Of a stretch of DNA of 64,000 nt, positions 51,538 through 61,800 are shown in pieces (the first letter of the stretch is position 1; each line of letters starts with the position of its first letter). The notes below the pieces were generated by a model. The model searched no databases, was not told where the DNA came from, and saw only the letters and a list, made by a program, of their open reading frames with translations. The position numbers and the translations under genes are program-made. Source of the DNA: Pelagomonas calceolata (Eukaryota); the NCBI GenBank assembly GCA_918797485.1, contig CAKKNE010000004.1, positions 2,790,001 to 2,854,000 on the forward strand, given 5' to 3'.

Positions 51538-52371
51538 ATGGCTCAATCAGTGCTCCCAAAAGAGATTGGTGACGCGGCTCAGGATGGCGAAATGAGTCAG
51601 GTCTGCGCGTGGCTCGACGCGGGCGGCTCCGTCGACGCGCGGGACGACGACGGCTTCACGCTTGTAAATTGCTGCGCGTATGGACCTGGACCCCTCTTTA
51701 TGGTTGGAGACGAGCAGTTGGCTTTGGCGCGCCATCTCGTGTCTCGTGGAGCAAACGTTAATATATGCCCCTACGACGGCGTTGGGTGGTCCCCGTTACA
51801 CCATGCCTGTGGCAATATTCGCACAGATTGTGCAGCGTCGTCCATGGTTTCACTTCTATTGGCCGCAGGGGCGAACGTAAACGCCAGAAATCAAGACGGC
51901 GATACGCCGCTCGCGATTGGCCTTAACGACTTCAATGCTCAGCGAGGGACGGACCATTGGCTGGACGTTGTGACGTTACTTTTGAAAGGAGGGGCGTCGT
52001 TAGACGAGTGCAGAAGTGGAAGGTCGGCCGAGGACATATTAGTGAATGGATTCCGAGCGGACCGAACCTCCTCTGCAGTGCCCTCCGAGCCTGAGCAGGA
52101 AAATGTAAATCGGCTCGCCGATAACTTCCTCGCTGTTAAAGCTCTCATAGACAATGTGCGAAAACACGGGTCGTACAAACGCTACATGAGAGCGCCGCAT
52201 CGAGACGTCCTTGCCTGCCGCAGCCTCGCGATGCGGGGTTACCTCGCGCCGAAGGGGACGCGTCGCACGCGCGGGGCTCAGAAATGGAAGGCGGCCGTCG
52301 CCTTCCTCGCCAAGCAGGGCGACAACGGCATCGTCTGGACCGTCCTCAGCTACTGGCGCGCGACTGAATAA
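51538..52371 (+). CDS. Ankyrin-repeat protein with C-terminal F-box-like tail
   Basis: GWSPLHHAC, LLLAAGANVNARNQDGDTPL; C-terminal GDNGIVWTVLSYW. Confidence 0.8.
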   Translation: MAQSVLPKEIGDAAQDGEMSQVCAWLDAGGSVDARDDDGFTLVNCCAYGPGPLFMVGDEQLALARHLVSRGANVNICPYDGVGWSPLHHACGNIRTDCAASSMVSLLLAAGANVNARNQDGDTPLAIGLNDFNAQRGTDHWLDVVTLLLKGGASLDECRSGRSAEDILVNGFRADRTSSAVPSEPEQENVNRLADNFLAVKALIDNVRKHGSYKRYMRAPHRDVLACRSLAMRGYLAPKGTRRTRGAQKWKAAVAFLAKQGDNGIVWTVLSYWRATE

Positions 52372-52387
52372 AAGACAAATGAATTAC

Positions 52388-54664
52388 TTAGGCCACGACT
52401 TCCGACACGACCTCGACGTCGTCGTCCTCGTCGCCGTACGGCGATAAAGGAGGCGGCGGCTCGTCGGGGAAGAGCGCGCCCCAGGCCTCGTTCGCGACCG
52501 CGCGCACCGCGCTTTGGTCGAACTTCGAGTAGTTGTGGAACATGAGCGGCGGCTCGGCCATCCGGAAGAAGCGCAGATCTAAACCCAGCGCCACCGCTAG
52601 ATGAGCGAAGACCTCGTCCGACGCCGACGGCGCGCCCGCCGCGTCGCCCGCCGGTAATACCAAGACCACGGTCCCCGGCGCGCAGTGCACCATGTTGGCT
52701 AAACCAGCACCGTGCGGCCCGACGACCAGCGCCGCCCGCGACCACGCTGCTGCCGCCCTTTTAGCGTCCGGCGTCGCGCCGCCCGCCCAGCTCACGACGT
52801 CCAACCGGCCCTTGAACCGCGTCCGTAGGGCGTCGATGACCTCGTCCTCGGATTTCACGTGGCGCTTGTCGCAGTCCCGCCTCGAATACCAGAGCACCGT
52901 CGGCTTCGCGTCCCGGTCCGGCGGGAAGGCCCTCCGCAGAAACGCCGCTTGGGTCCTTAAGATACCGGGCGGCACGAAGTGCAATCTAAATAATGACTCC
53001 TTGTACCGTCGCCCGTAGGGCGCCGCGGCTTTGGACGCTAATTCCGCGATCCAGTTCTCCTCATTCCTTCGAGAACGCGGCTCCCAGCGCGGCGCGCCGC
53101 CCGAGGGCGGCCCGCCAGGCGCGTCGGCCGTGCCGGCGAAGGCCGCCGGCGGCCAGTCGAGCACGAACGCCGCTCTTATGGAGTACACGCGGCCGGCGGA
53201 CCAGTCGTAGGCCCTTAGTCTACGTTGTCGCTCCAGAGCCTTGGTGGTGGCGTGGCCCCGCTGCAAAAGCGCGGTGATCGTCGCCGTCAGGGCCTGGGGG
53301 AACAGTATGACCGCGCGACTCAACATGTTCCGCGTCTGCTCCGGTAGGTCCGAAGCGGCCTTCCCGTCGCGATCGAAGAGGCGGCAGAGCGCCAGGGCTA
53401 ACCGAGACACGCTTTCTGTTTGATGGTGCCAGAACATCTTGTGCCCTTCCCTCGCGTCAAACAGCAACAACGCCGACTCGATTGTTATCGTGTCCTCGGG
53501 CTCGGACTGGAGCACGACGTCTTTATCGGTCAACCCAGAATTCGCCGCGGCGTCGCCCCAGTCCGGCGGCGGCGCTCCACTACTGGTAACTTCGCCCGCA
53601 AAAAACACGCAGTGCGGCGCGCGCTGCCAGAGGGCCGAGCCGTCCTTGCCTCCCAGAAACGCGTTGGGGATCTCCACCAACCTTGCCAGTCCGGGAGATA
53701 AACTCGGCTCGGACGCGCCGCACCAGCCGGGGCCCGCTCCTGGTCTATCTTTCGCGCCGAAGCGCCTTCGTACCGCACAGATCGGGGCCACGACGTTCCC
53801 AAATCTTAATATAGGCGCCTTCACCGCTAAAGGATGGACTGTCCACGACCTTTCTGGCGTGAGCCAGCCGTCCTGGACGCGCCAACGCGGCAAAGTGCAT
53901 CCTGATGCGTCTCTAGGTAACGCTAGGGCCGCCCCGACGGCGTGTGCGTCCGACGCGCCCGTCCAGTCCCGCCGAAAGGCTCGACTCCATCCGACGTAGG
54001 TCGCGGCTTCTTGTAATAAAGCCCGCTTCTCCACATTGGGACCCGTAAAGAGGCCGTGCTCGCTGCTTCCGGTGGTGTTCGTGAGGGCGTGCCTTAATAA
54101 AGGCCCCAATGTACTTTCAGCCTCATTTAACTCACCATGTAGCACTAACAAGTATCCGAGGCGCACCCGAACGTTGCCATCTAGGTTCAGCAAGGCCGCC
54201 TCGTCCAGCCCGCGCTCGTCGATAGCCCTTTTCGCCGAAGCTAAACCTTCACGCAAGTAGTCAATAGCTAAACCTCGCCTCCGTAAAGTGCGATGCACCA
54301 ATTCGTGCAAGTTATCGTACACCTTGTTGAGGCACTCATTGAAGCCCTCCCGCAACGCACTATCGCAGGACCGCGCCGACGCCTCGTAGTGCCGCAAGGC
54401 TCTTTCATGATCACCTAGCTTGAAAGCCGCCCAGGCCACGTTGTTCGTCAATTGACTTTCGGCGGCGACGTTTATCTGCAGCTTATGATGCTTCATGAGG
54501 TGAAGCGCGCGCTCGTACGCGTCGGACGAGGCCCGCCACCTAGAAGCTTGCAATGCGGCCTCGCCGGTAGCGAGGGCGCTTCGTATCTGTTCGTGGACCG
54601 TGGTTTCTGGTGCGGCCACGGCAACTGCGATTAGGACGAGGTGGCTCGGCAGCCCCATCATCAT
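52388..54664 (-). CDS. TPR + glycosyltransferase family 61 (DUF563) protein
   Basis: Signal peptide, TPR-like helices, FWHH..E, SR...R..NE-like segment, VVGPHGAGLANMVHC.PG. Confidence 0.85.
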   Translation of the reverse strand: MMMGLPSHLVLIAVAVAAPETTVHEQIRSALATGEAALQASRWRASSDAYERALHLMKHHKLQINVAAESQLTNNVAWAAFKLGDHERALRHYEASARSCDSALREGFNECLNKVYDNLHELVHRTLRRRGLAIDYLREGLASAKRAIDERGLDEAALLNLDGNVRVRLGYLLVLHGELNEAESTLGPLLRHALTNTTGSSEHGLFTGPNVEKRALLQEAATYVGWSRAFRRDWTGASDAHAVGAALALPRDASGCTLPRWRVQDGWLTPERSWTVHPLAVKAPILRFGNVVAPICAVRRRFGAKDRPGAGPGWCGASEPSLSPGLARLVEIPNAFLGGKDGSALWQRAPHCVFFAGEVTSSGAPPPDWGDAAANSGLTDKDVVLQSEPEDTITIESALLLFDAREGHKMFWHHQTESVSRLALALCRLFDRDGKAASDLPEQTRNMLSRAVILFPQALTATITALLQRGHATTKALERQRRLRAYDWSAGRVYSIRAAFVLDWPPAAFAGTADAPGGPPSGGAPRWEPRSRRNEENWIAELASKAAAPYGRRYKESLFRLHFVPPGILRTQAAFLRRAFPPDRDAKPTVLWYSRRDCDKRHVKSEDEVIDALRTRFKGRLDVVSWAGGATPDAKRAAAAWSRAALVVGPHGAGLANMVHCAPGTVVLVLPAGDAAGAPSASDEVFAHLAVALGLDLRFFRMAEPPLMFHNYSKFDQSAVRAVANEAWGALFPDEPPPPLSPYGDEDDDVEVVSEVVA

Positions 54665-54801
54665 GGGATGGCGGCGGCGAGCAACCTTCGGCCAGACCGC
54701 TTCGGCGGCGCCGCGGCGGCGTATTGCACGCGCGCAGCAGCCGCGGAGGCAGCCTCGTGCGCGGAGAAACGCGGCAGTTGTCGAAGCGGTTCGGGCCTCT
54801 T

Positions 54802-54824
54802 GCTAGTGCCTTACAGACGCTAGC
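54802..54824 (-). promoter_or_regulatory. GCTAG-box upstream element, copy 8
   Basis: Reverse complement reads GCTAGCGTCTGTAAGGCACTAGC, between divergent genes. Confidence 0.6.
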
Positions 54825-54983
54825 CCTCGAACCTCGGCGCGGCGCTTTGGCTGCCTTAGCGTACCACAGAGATAGTTTAGAGGGACGCAGGAGTCGGCAG
54901 ACGATCGTGCGAAGCGACAGCAGTCGATTCCTTGCACCTGTGCCAGCGCGCCACGCCGCCCAGGTCGGCTTTTGACCCGAGTC

Positions 54984-55823
54984 ATGGCTCCCGGCGCTCC
55001 TATGCCGTCGTGCCTCCCGCCGCAGCTAATAATCGCTTGGTTACCGACGCGCGACGTCGCCGCCGCTCTGCGCGTGTCGAAGGATTGGTGCAGTACGGCG
55101 GAGCCGATCTTCCAAGCGATCGCGGGCCGCCATGGGCTGCGACGCGTGGATCCTTCGTGGAGGGAAACGGTGCGGCGCTATAGAACCCGATTGGGTCGTA
55201 TGGAGACGCAAAATCCACTTGCAATTCGTCTACACCAGGCGGCACAGCGCGACGACGCCCCGGCTATCCAAAGACTTGTTTCCGGAGATTGGGATGCAGA
55301 CCGTCAGATGTTTCCCGAACCTGTAGATGTAGACTATGCGGGCGGTTTTGGTCAGACGGCCCTCCACATCGCGGCGATGTGGGGGAATTTGAATGCTGTA
55401 AACGCCTTGATTGCCGCGGGGGCGGACCTGAATCCACAGAATTGGATTGAACGAAATTATTTGGGTTACATTGGGGGGACTCCGCTCCACGTCGCTGCGA
55501 ATTCAACTAAGGCGCCCCTAGCCAAGCGATGCCGTTGTGCCGAGCGGCTGATCGAAGCCGGCGCCAACGCGCGGCTTTTGAACGGAGAGGAGGATGCGCC
55601 GTACCAGAGCCCTCTTCCAGAACACGAGTCGGACTTGATAAATATGCGGGGCCTCGCCGAGAGCCGCGTGAGGTTCCGCAAGCTCCTGACGTTCGCCTTC
55701 CGAGCCCAGCGATGCTGCGATGAAGACAACGTGACAGAGAAGTCACCCGGCAATTTGGCGTCGGCACCGAAGGTCAGCTCTCCGCTCGGCGACGTGGGGA
55801 CGAGCGACGTTTTCGATATATGA
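54984..55823 (+). CDS. F-box-like + ankyrin-repeat protein
   Basis: LPPQLIIAWLPTRDVAAALRVSKDW (F-box); GQTALHIAA, GGTPLHVAA (ankyrin). Confidence 0.8.
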   Translation: MAPGAPMPSCLPPQLIIAWLPTRDVAAALRVSKDWCSTAEPIFQAIAGRHGLRRVDPSWRETVRRYRTRLGRMETQNPLAIRLHQAAQRDDAPAIQRLVSGDWDADRQMFPEPVDVDYAGGFGQTALHIAAMWGNLNAVNALIAAGADLNPQNWIERNYLGYIGGTPLHVAANSTKAPLAKRCRCAERLIEAGANARLLNGEEDAPYQSPLPEHESDLINMRGLAESRVRFRKLLTFAFRAQRCCDEDNVTEKSPGNLASAPKVSSPLGDVGTSDVFDI

Positions 55824-55886
55824 TGTGTAAGTTCACTAATGATTGACTTATTCGAACTAGCTAGGAGTCTTGGGGCCTCCAATAGT

Positions 55887-58800
55887 TCAGTCTTTCCGCA
55901 GGCCCTTCAGGTAGAAGACCCACGTGATCTTCTCGCCGTTGTGCTCGACGTCCACCAATAAACGGCCGGACACGACGGGCTGCAGCGGCTCCGTCGAATC
56001 CTCGGGCGGCGGCTGCGGGTTGAACGACACCGCGCATGTTGTGGGCGACCGCGCGTTGACCGACGCCTTCGCGGCACCAACAGAAAAGTCGGGGTGGTCG
56101 ACGGCGAAGGAGAACTCCCGCGTATCGCCGAAGACGTTTCTAAACTCCACCGTGGCGCTCGAGCCCTGCTCCACCGTGAAGGGCCCGCGCGGCTCGGGCC
56201 GGCGACAGACGCCCTTGAGGAGGCACTTGTACTCTCCTTGTGGGCCACCATCAATCACCAACGTATCACTGATCGCACCAAGCGCCTCCGGCTCGAACTT
56301 GACTTGGACCTCGACCATCTCGCCCTCCCAGTCGTCAGAACCCGTCGTGCCGCAGTCGCCACTCACCTCGAAGAACTGCGCGTTCTGGACCGAACACGAG
56401 AACTTGCCCGACGCTCCAGCCGCGGGATACGCCCTAAATCGGAACGTCTCGACCTGCGCCCCACCCAACGGCGCCTCAAATCGTAGTTGAGGGATCGCCG
56501 GCGGCTCCGTCGCACCTAATGTAAGTTTGTACTTGAACTCGCCCAGTTCATCAATGCTGAATACTAATTCAGTGTCCTTCTTTTCATGTGGTACTAACGG
56601 CCTAAACTCCAACTCAAAGACACCTTCTGGTGAACCTTGCATACTACCAACCCGAGACAACCGAACGTGCGGGTCGTCGCACGACCACCAGGTGTCCGGG
56701 AACGTGACCGGCGCGTCCGCCGGCAGCGGGTTGTCGATGGTGATCAATCGTCTAGCTGTTTGCCTGATCGGAGCCTCGAGATTGTACGTCTGCACGACGC
56801 CCGCTTCTGTGACTTCCACACTAAGTTCATACGTAATATATTCTCCTGACCCAGGATTCGTGAAGGTCGCCGTGGCCGTGACCGTTCCTACTTTATAAGA
56901 GTAGAAGCGCAGGACATAGTTCCGCGTCTCCGCGCCCGCGACGTCGAACGTCGAGGTGCCTTCGAGGAAGGTCGAATCATCCGAACCTTCGCCCAACTCG
57001 AACGCGACGTCCAGGTGTTGTGGGGTCGAGAGCCAGTTCTGGACTGGTAGAGTGATGGGTAGAGAGGCCTTGGCAGGTGTGGTCAACGGGTCAATGACAA
57101 GCGTCTCGGGCGGACCAGCTTTACCTTGCAAATTATATAACACTGCAGAACCATCCGGCAACGCAACAAACAGCTCCGCGGAGTGATACCCCTCCTCCGA
57201 CGTCATGGTCAGCGGGAAGTACTGGACGTCCACAGACGCCTCGCCGCCCGCAGGAATACTGACTTCGGCCGGCGCGCGGAAGTGCTCGAGCAACTCGGAA
57301 TGCTTGAGCGTCGGCGCCACGAAGATCGGCTTCTGCGTCGGGTTCTTGATCGACACCTGCTCGATGCACTCTTTTCTCGCAACACTTTCAAAGGAGACGG
57401 TCTGCTTGGACTCGTCCGGTTGTGGCACGCAAGCCCCGACGCAGGACAACCGTAGCGGAGCCGCGCCTTCCACGAACAACTGCATGCCGTCGATTCGTAC
57501 GTCATTGTTCACCGCTTTGGGGGAGAAGGTCACGTCAAACGCAATTTCCGTCTCCGGCCGTAGAGCACCCTCCAACGGTGAAACGGTAAACAAGTCGCCG
57601 ATCGTGCGCTGATTCCACTGGAACCGCGTCGCGATGTCGCCCGCGTTCTCTAACATCAACTTTCGCGTTCTTCTTGAGCCTTCGCAGACCGCTCCAAAAG
57701 CTAACGTATCCGTCGACAGGACGACGTCCATGCCCGTGGCTCGGCCCGAAACCTTGGCCAAGGGCCTCAGACCACCGGCGTACGACAGCACGAGAGGATG
57801 GTCGAAGTCCCGGTTCCGCTTCTGCGGCGCGAACCTCACTTCGATGCTCTGAACTTGTTTCGGCTTCAAGCCAGCAACGCGCCTCGGGTTCACGGAGACG
57901 TCGTGCGCCGCTAAGACACCGCCCTCATCCAGTAATTCAAAGTCTAGCGGTCTAGCACTTCGATTCACCACTTGGATGTGCTTGGTCACGTCTTCACCCT
58001 CCCGCACCCGTCCGAACGAGCAGTCCGCCTGCTGCGGTTGTACTAACTCCAAGCGCGCGGCGACGCCCTTTCCTTCTACTTTAACATGCACCGTCGACAC
58101 GCCATTCACTAAAAAGGGCACCTGGAAGGCGTAGTCCTGAATCTCTCGAGGCGTGAAGTGGATCGGGACCTCGACGTGCTCGCCCGGCGCTAATACTCGA
58201 GGACCACATTCTACCTGTAAAATCTTGTTTCGCGGTAGCGTGCAATCCAAGGATAAGTTTTGACTAGGGTCCTGGTTGCTGACACGCAACACAACGGTCT
58301 CTTTATGAGGTGGTTGACCGGGCGTCACCGTAAAGCAGCTCGCGAAGTCGTGCTCGAGGAACGAGAACCGCAGGTTCGGAGCCGCACCGGTCCCAGCCAA
58401 CTTGAGGATGTATTCGTACTTGCCCGCTATGGAGACCGTATACACCCCACCATCTAGCTGACAAGGTGTCACCGGATGGAACGTGAGAGAAGCCTGCACG
58501 CGGCCATTTTTCCGAACAGCCCCAGCCTGTCGCGCCCCGGTCATCACGAGCATCGGGTTCGGCGAATCGCCCCGATCCAAAACATAGTCGAAGTTGAACT
58601 TGCCCGTGTTCGCGATGGCCAGAATCTTCGAGGCCGACTGGTTCAGGTGTACTAAGCCAAAGTCGACGACATTGATATGAGGCGCCGGCTTGAGGTCCGT
58701 GATGCCCTCGCCACCCAGCGGGATGCCCGCTCCACTATCTAGGACGGCGCCATCGGTGCCCTCCTGCTCTTCTCTGGCGCGTGCGGCCGCGGTGCCTTCC

Positions 58801-61800
58801 AGCAGTAGTAACTTGGAGTGTACGGCGTAGCCCTCGCCCTTGACATTCAAGCTGAGTTTCATCTTCTTCTTTCTTATAGAACAGTTCAGGTTCGCATTGA
58901 GGACCGCCTCTTCCGTCGGTCGGAAGCTGAGCTCGACCGCGGCCCGGCCGTTCGGCGGCACCAAGCCAGATAATGGCGTGATCTCGAGCGTGGGGCCCTT
59001 GTTCGCTTTTTTGACGGCGGATTCATCATCTAACGCGGGCTTCTCAAAATTGAACGCGAAGGGTAAATGTTCGCTATTTACTAAGTGCACGGTCTCCGTA
59101 CAACGACTACCGAGCATGATCGCGCCGAAGTCGACTCTGGTAATATCAAAGGCCACCCGAGGCTCCAAGACAGTGCCCACAAATAAAAACAGCTCCGAAA
59201 TGCCGTGCTCGGGCACCTCAAACCTATAAAACGCTTCCGCCGTATCTGTCGACGAGGGCGTAAATTCAAAGATCATCTCGCCGCGCTTCCCGGCCAAGAT
59301 CATGCCCCGCGGCGTCGGCGTCTTCCACGACGCGTGGGGCTGGCCGCAGGGCTCCCAGTGGAAGTCGTACGCGCTCGCGGTCGGGTTCGTCACGAGAAAT
59401 CGTCGCCGGTTCTGCACCCTCAACCCCTTGGACTTCACTTCCACGATCCGCACGTTCTGACTCTCGATCTGGTCCTTCTGGCCGTGCTCATTTAGGAGGT
59501 TCGGGGCTCGTCGCGACAAGTAATCAGAATCCGACTCAAGGTCGATATGACAGGCCGGTCGCGTCGCTCGACCTCGCATCGTGATTCTTATTGGTGCTTG
59601 GGGCTCCTCCTCGCCGGGCGACGCCGTCAGCGTCGGCATCACACAATCTAACACATATTGATAATCGTCGACCTCGATTGGTGAGAAGTGCACCACAAAC
59701 GTCTGGGACGACGACGGCGTCACGCTGCCTTCCTCCGGTTCGATCTCAAAGGGGCAGGGGATGGGCTCATACACAGCACCGCCGGTCTGCGGTCGCCTTT
59801 GCGACGCCGCGGTCATCGGGCTCCCATCATTGGTCATGAGCATTTTATACGGTAGCGGGATGGTACTCGTATTTTCGACTTGGAAGGTCGCTCTCAAAGA
59901 TTGGTACATGGGGATGGCGTTGAATTGGAGAGACGTAGTCTCGCAGGCATAGGAAGGCTTGTCGGCCGTCGCGACACATCTCATCGTTTGCGTTTGCTCC
60001 TTTATTACCTCATATTCCGGTTCCGGTACTTGTACGAGTACGAGTCGCCGTCCGTCTAGTGACGTGCCTCCATCCGTGAGGCCTTCTGGCGTTTCTTCAC
60101 CGTCTAACAATGCAATCTCGTCCTCCGTGGCCTCCCGTTCGATCTTCGCGTCGTCGGACCAGATGCCGTCCGGTAATTTCGGTATAGTTAATACCGATTC
60201 TTTGGAGGGCGACGCCGGCGGCTCCTCTTCCGTACCCTCTTCAGCAGGTTCCTCGGGCTCAGGCTGTTTGACGTCGAAGCTGATCTGCTGCGTCTGTAAT
60301 ACAAGTTCCTCATCCACCGAAGCCGGTTCCGGCGCGTTGAACGAAGCCACTACGGTCCTAGCGCCGCCCGCCGGGATGTGGCCAATTTGGGGCACAAATG
60401 TAACACTGTCGTGGTCCGGCCATGAAAAACGAACAGTAGATGACCGCACGTTCCGCAACGTGAACTCCGCCCTCAGGGACGTAGGACCGTCGCCCAATGC
60501 TAAATTGCCAAATTTCAGGTCGTCCTCCTCGCCGTCCGGCAGGTCTTCGATCGAAAGGTCCGTCTCGAACGTCGCCCCTCGCAACTCAATGCTGGACGCC
60601 TCGTAGCGGTTGTCTATGACTTTAATGGCTAATTTCGCTGACACATCTCTATCCGTGCCGTCGCCATCCTTCTGCGGCAGGGCTCGGAAGAGTATCGGTA
60701 CGTCTTGTGACGCCCCGGGCTTGAGTGAGACCGAGGTACCCGCATGCTTGCAGACGAAGTGCTTGTCTTCTGCACTAAAGTTGATCAATGCCGTAGCATC
60801 CAGAACACCGTCATTCCGGACGGTGATCGTTCTAGATCTAGTACGTCCCACTTGCAACCGCCCGAACGGCACGCACTCGCCCGTTTCTTCGTGACTGACA
60901 CCCTCGACAGATACCGAAGGGAGGGTGCCCTTGCCGGCGAGCTCAAACTCCAACGCACCAATGGCATCTTCACTTTGTTCCGCCACCGTCGCCAGGAACA
61001 CCGCTCGGTACTCCCTCAATTCCCGGGCATGAAAATATACAGTAACATAGCGATGCTCGTGCGGCGGCACCTCCCACTGCGTCGGTTGGACCACGAAACA
61101 ATCGGAAGCATTCTGCGCTCTAGGATCATCTCCTTCTTTAGCATTAATGGAGAAGCTTACATTGGAAGTGACTTTGCTCGTGTTCGTAATTTTGAATCTT
61201 TCTCCTATTCCTTTCCCATCATCCATCAACGTAGTAGTCCCGAACGAGAACACCTTCTCGGCGACGGCGAAGCAGGCGTTCATGGGCAGGCCGCCGCCGG
61301 GCGCGTCGTCCTCGAGCGCGCCAATGACGGCCTGCTCCTCGAAGATCTGGTAGTAGTTGTCGTAGTCTATCGTAGGAGATCTGCTTTCAGCTAACAACTC
61401 GTAGTTCAAAGCTGACTGGATGTACTTATCCTCAGCATCGCAGCCGGCTACTAAGATTTTCAGTATATCACGATGGTGCTGCAAACCCTCTGGGGTGAAG
61501 GTCACGGTCACTGGCAAAGTTTGGCCCGGCTCGACGACACCACCGGATGGTGTTATAGAGAACTGTTTTGTGGTCAAGGAACCGGCGTCCGGTGGTGCGG
61601 CGTCGTCGACGGACGTCGCCGCGGCGAAGAAGTTTCTCCTTTCAACAGACTGCTCCTTGTCATGAAGAGCCAACCGTTGTCTATAGCTCTTGTCGTCTTC
61701 ATCTTCCTCTTGTGCAGGCGGTTCCACGACAGGTGGCAACAAGCCTAATTCACGAGCTTGGTCCTCATGAGCACTCCCAAGGAGCAACGACGGCGGCGTC

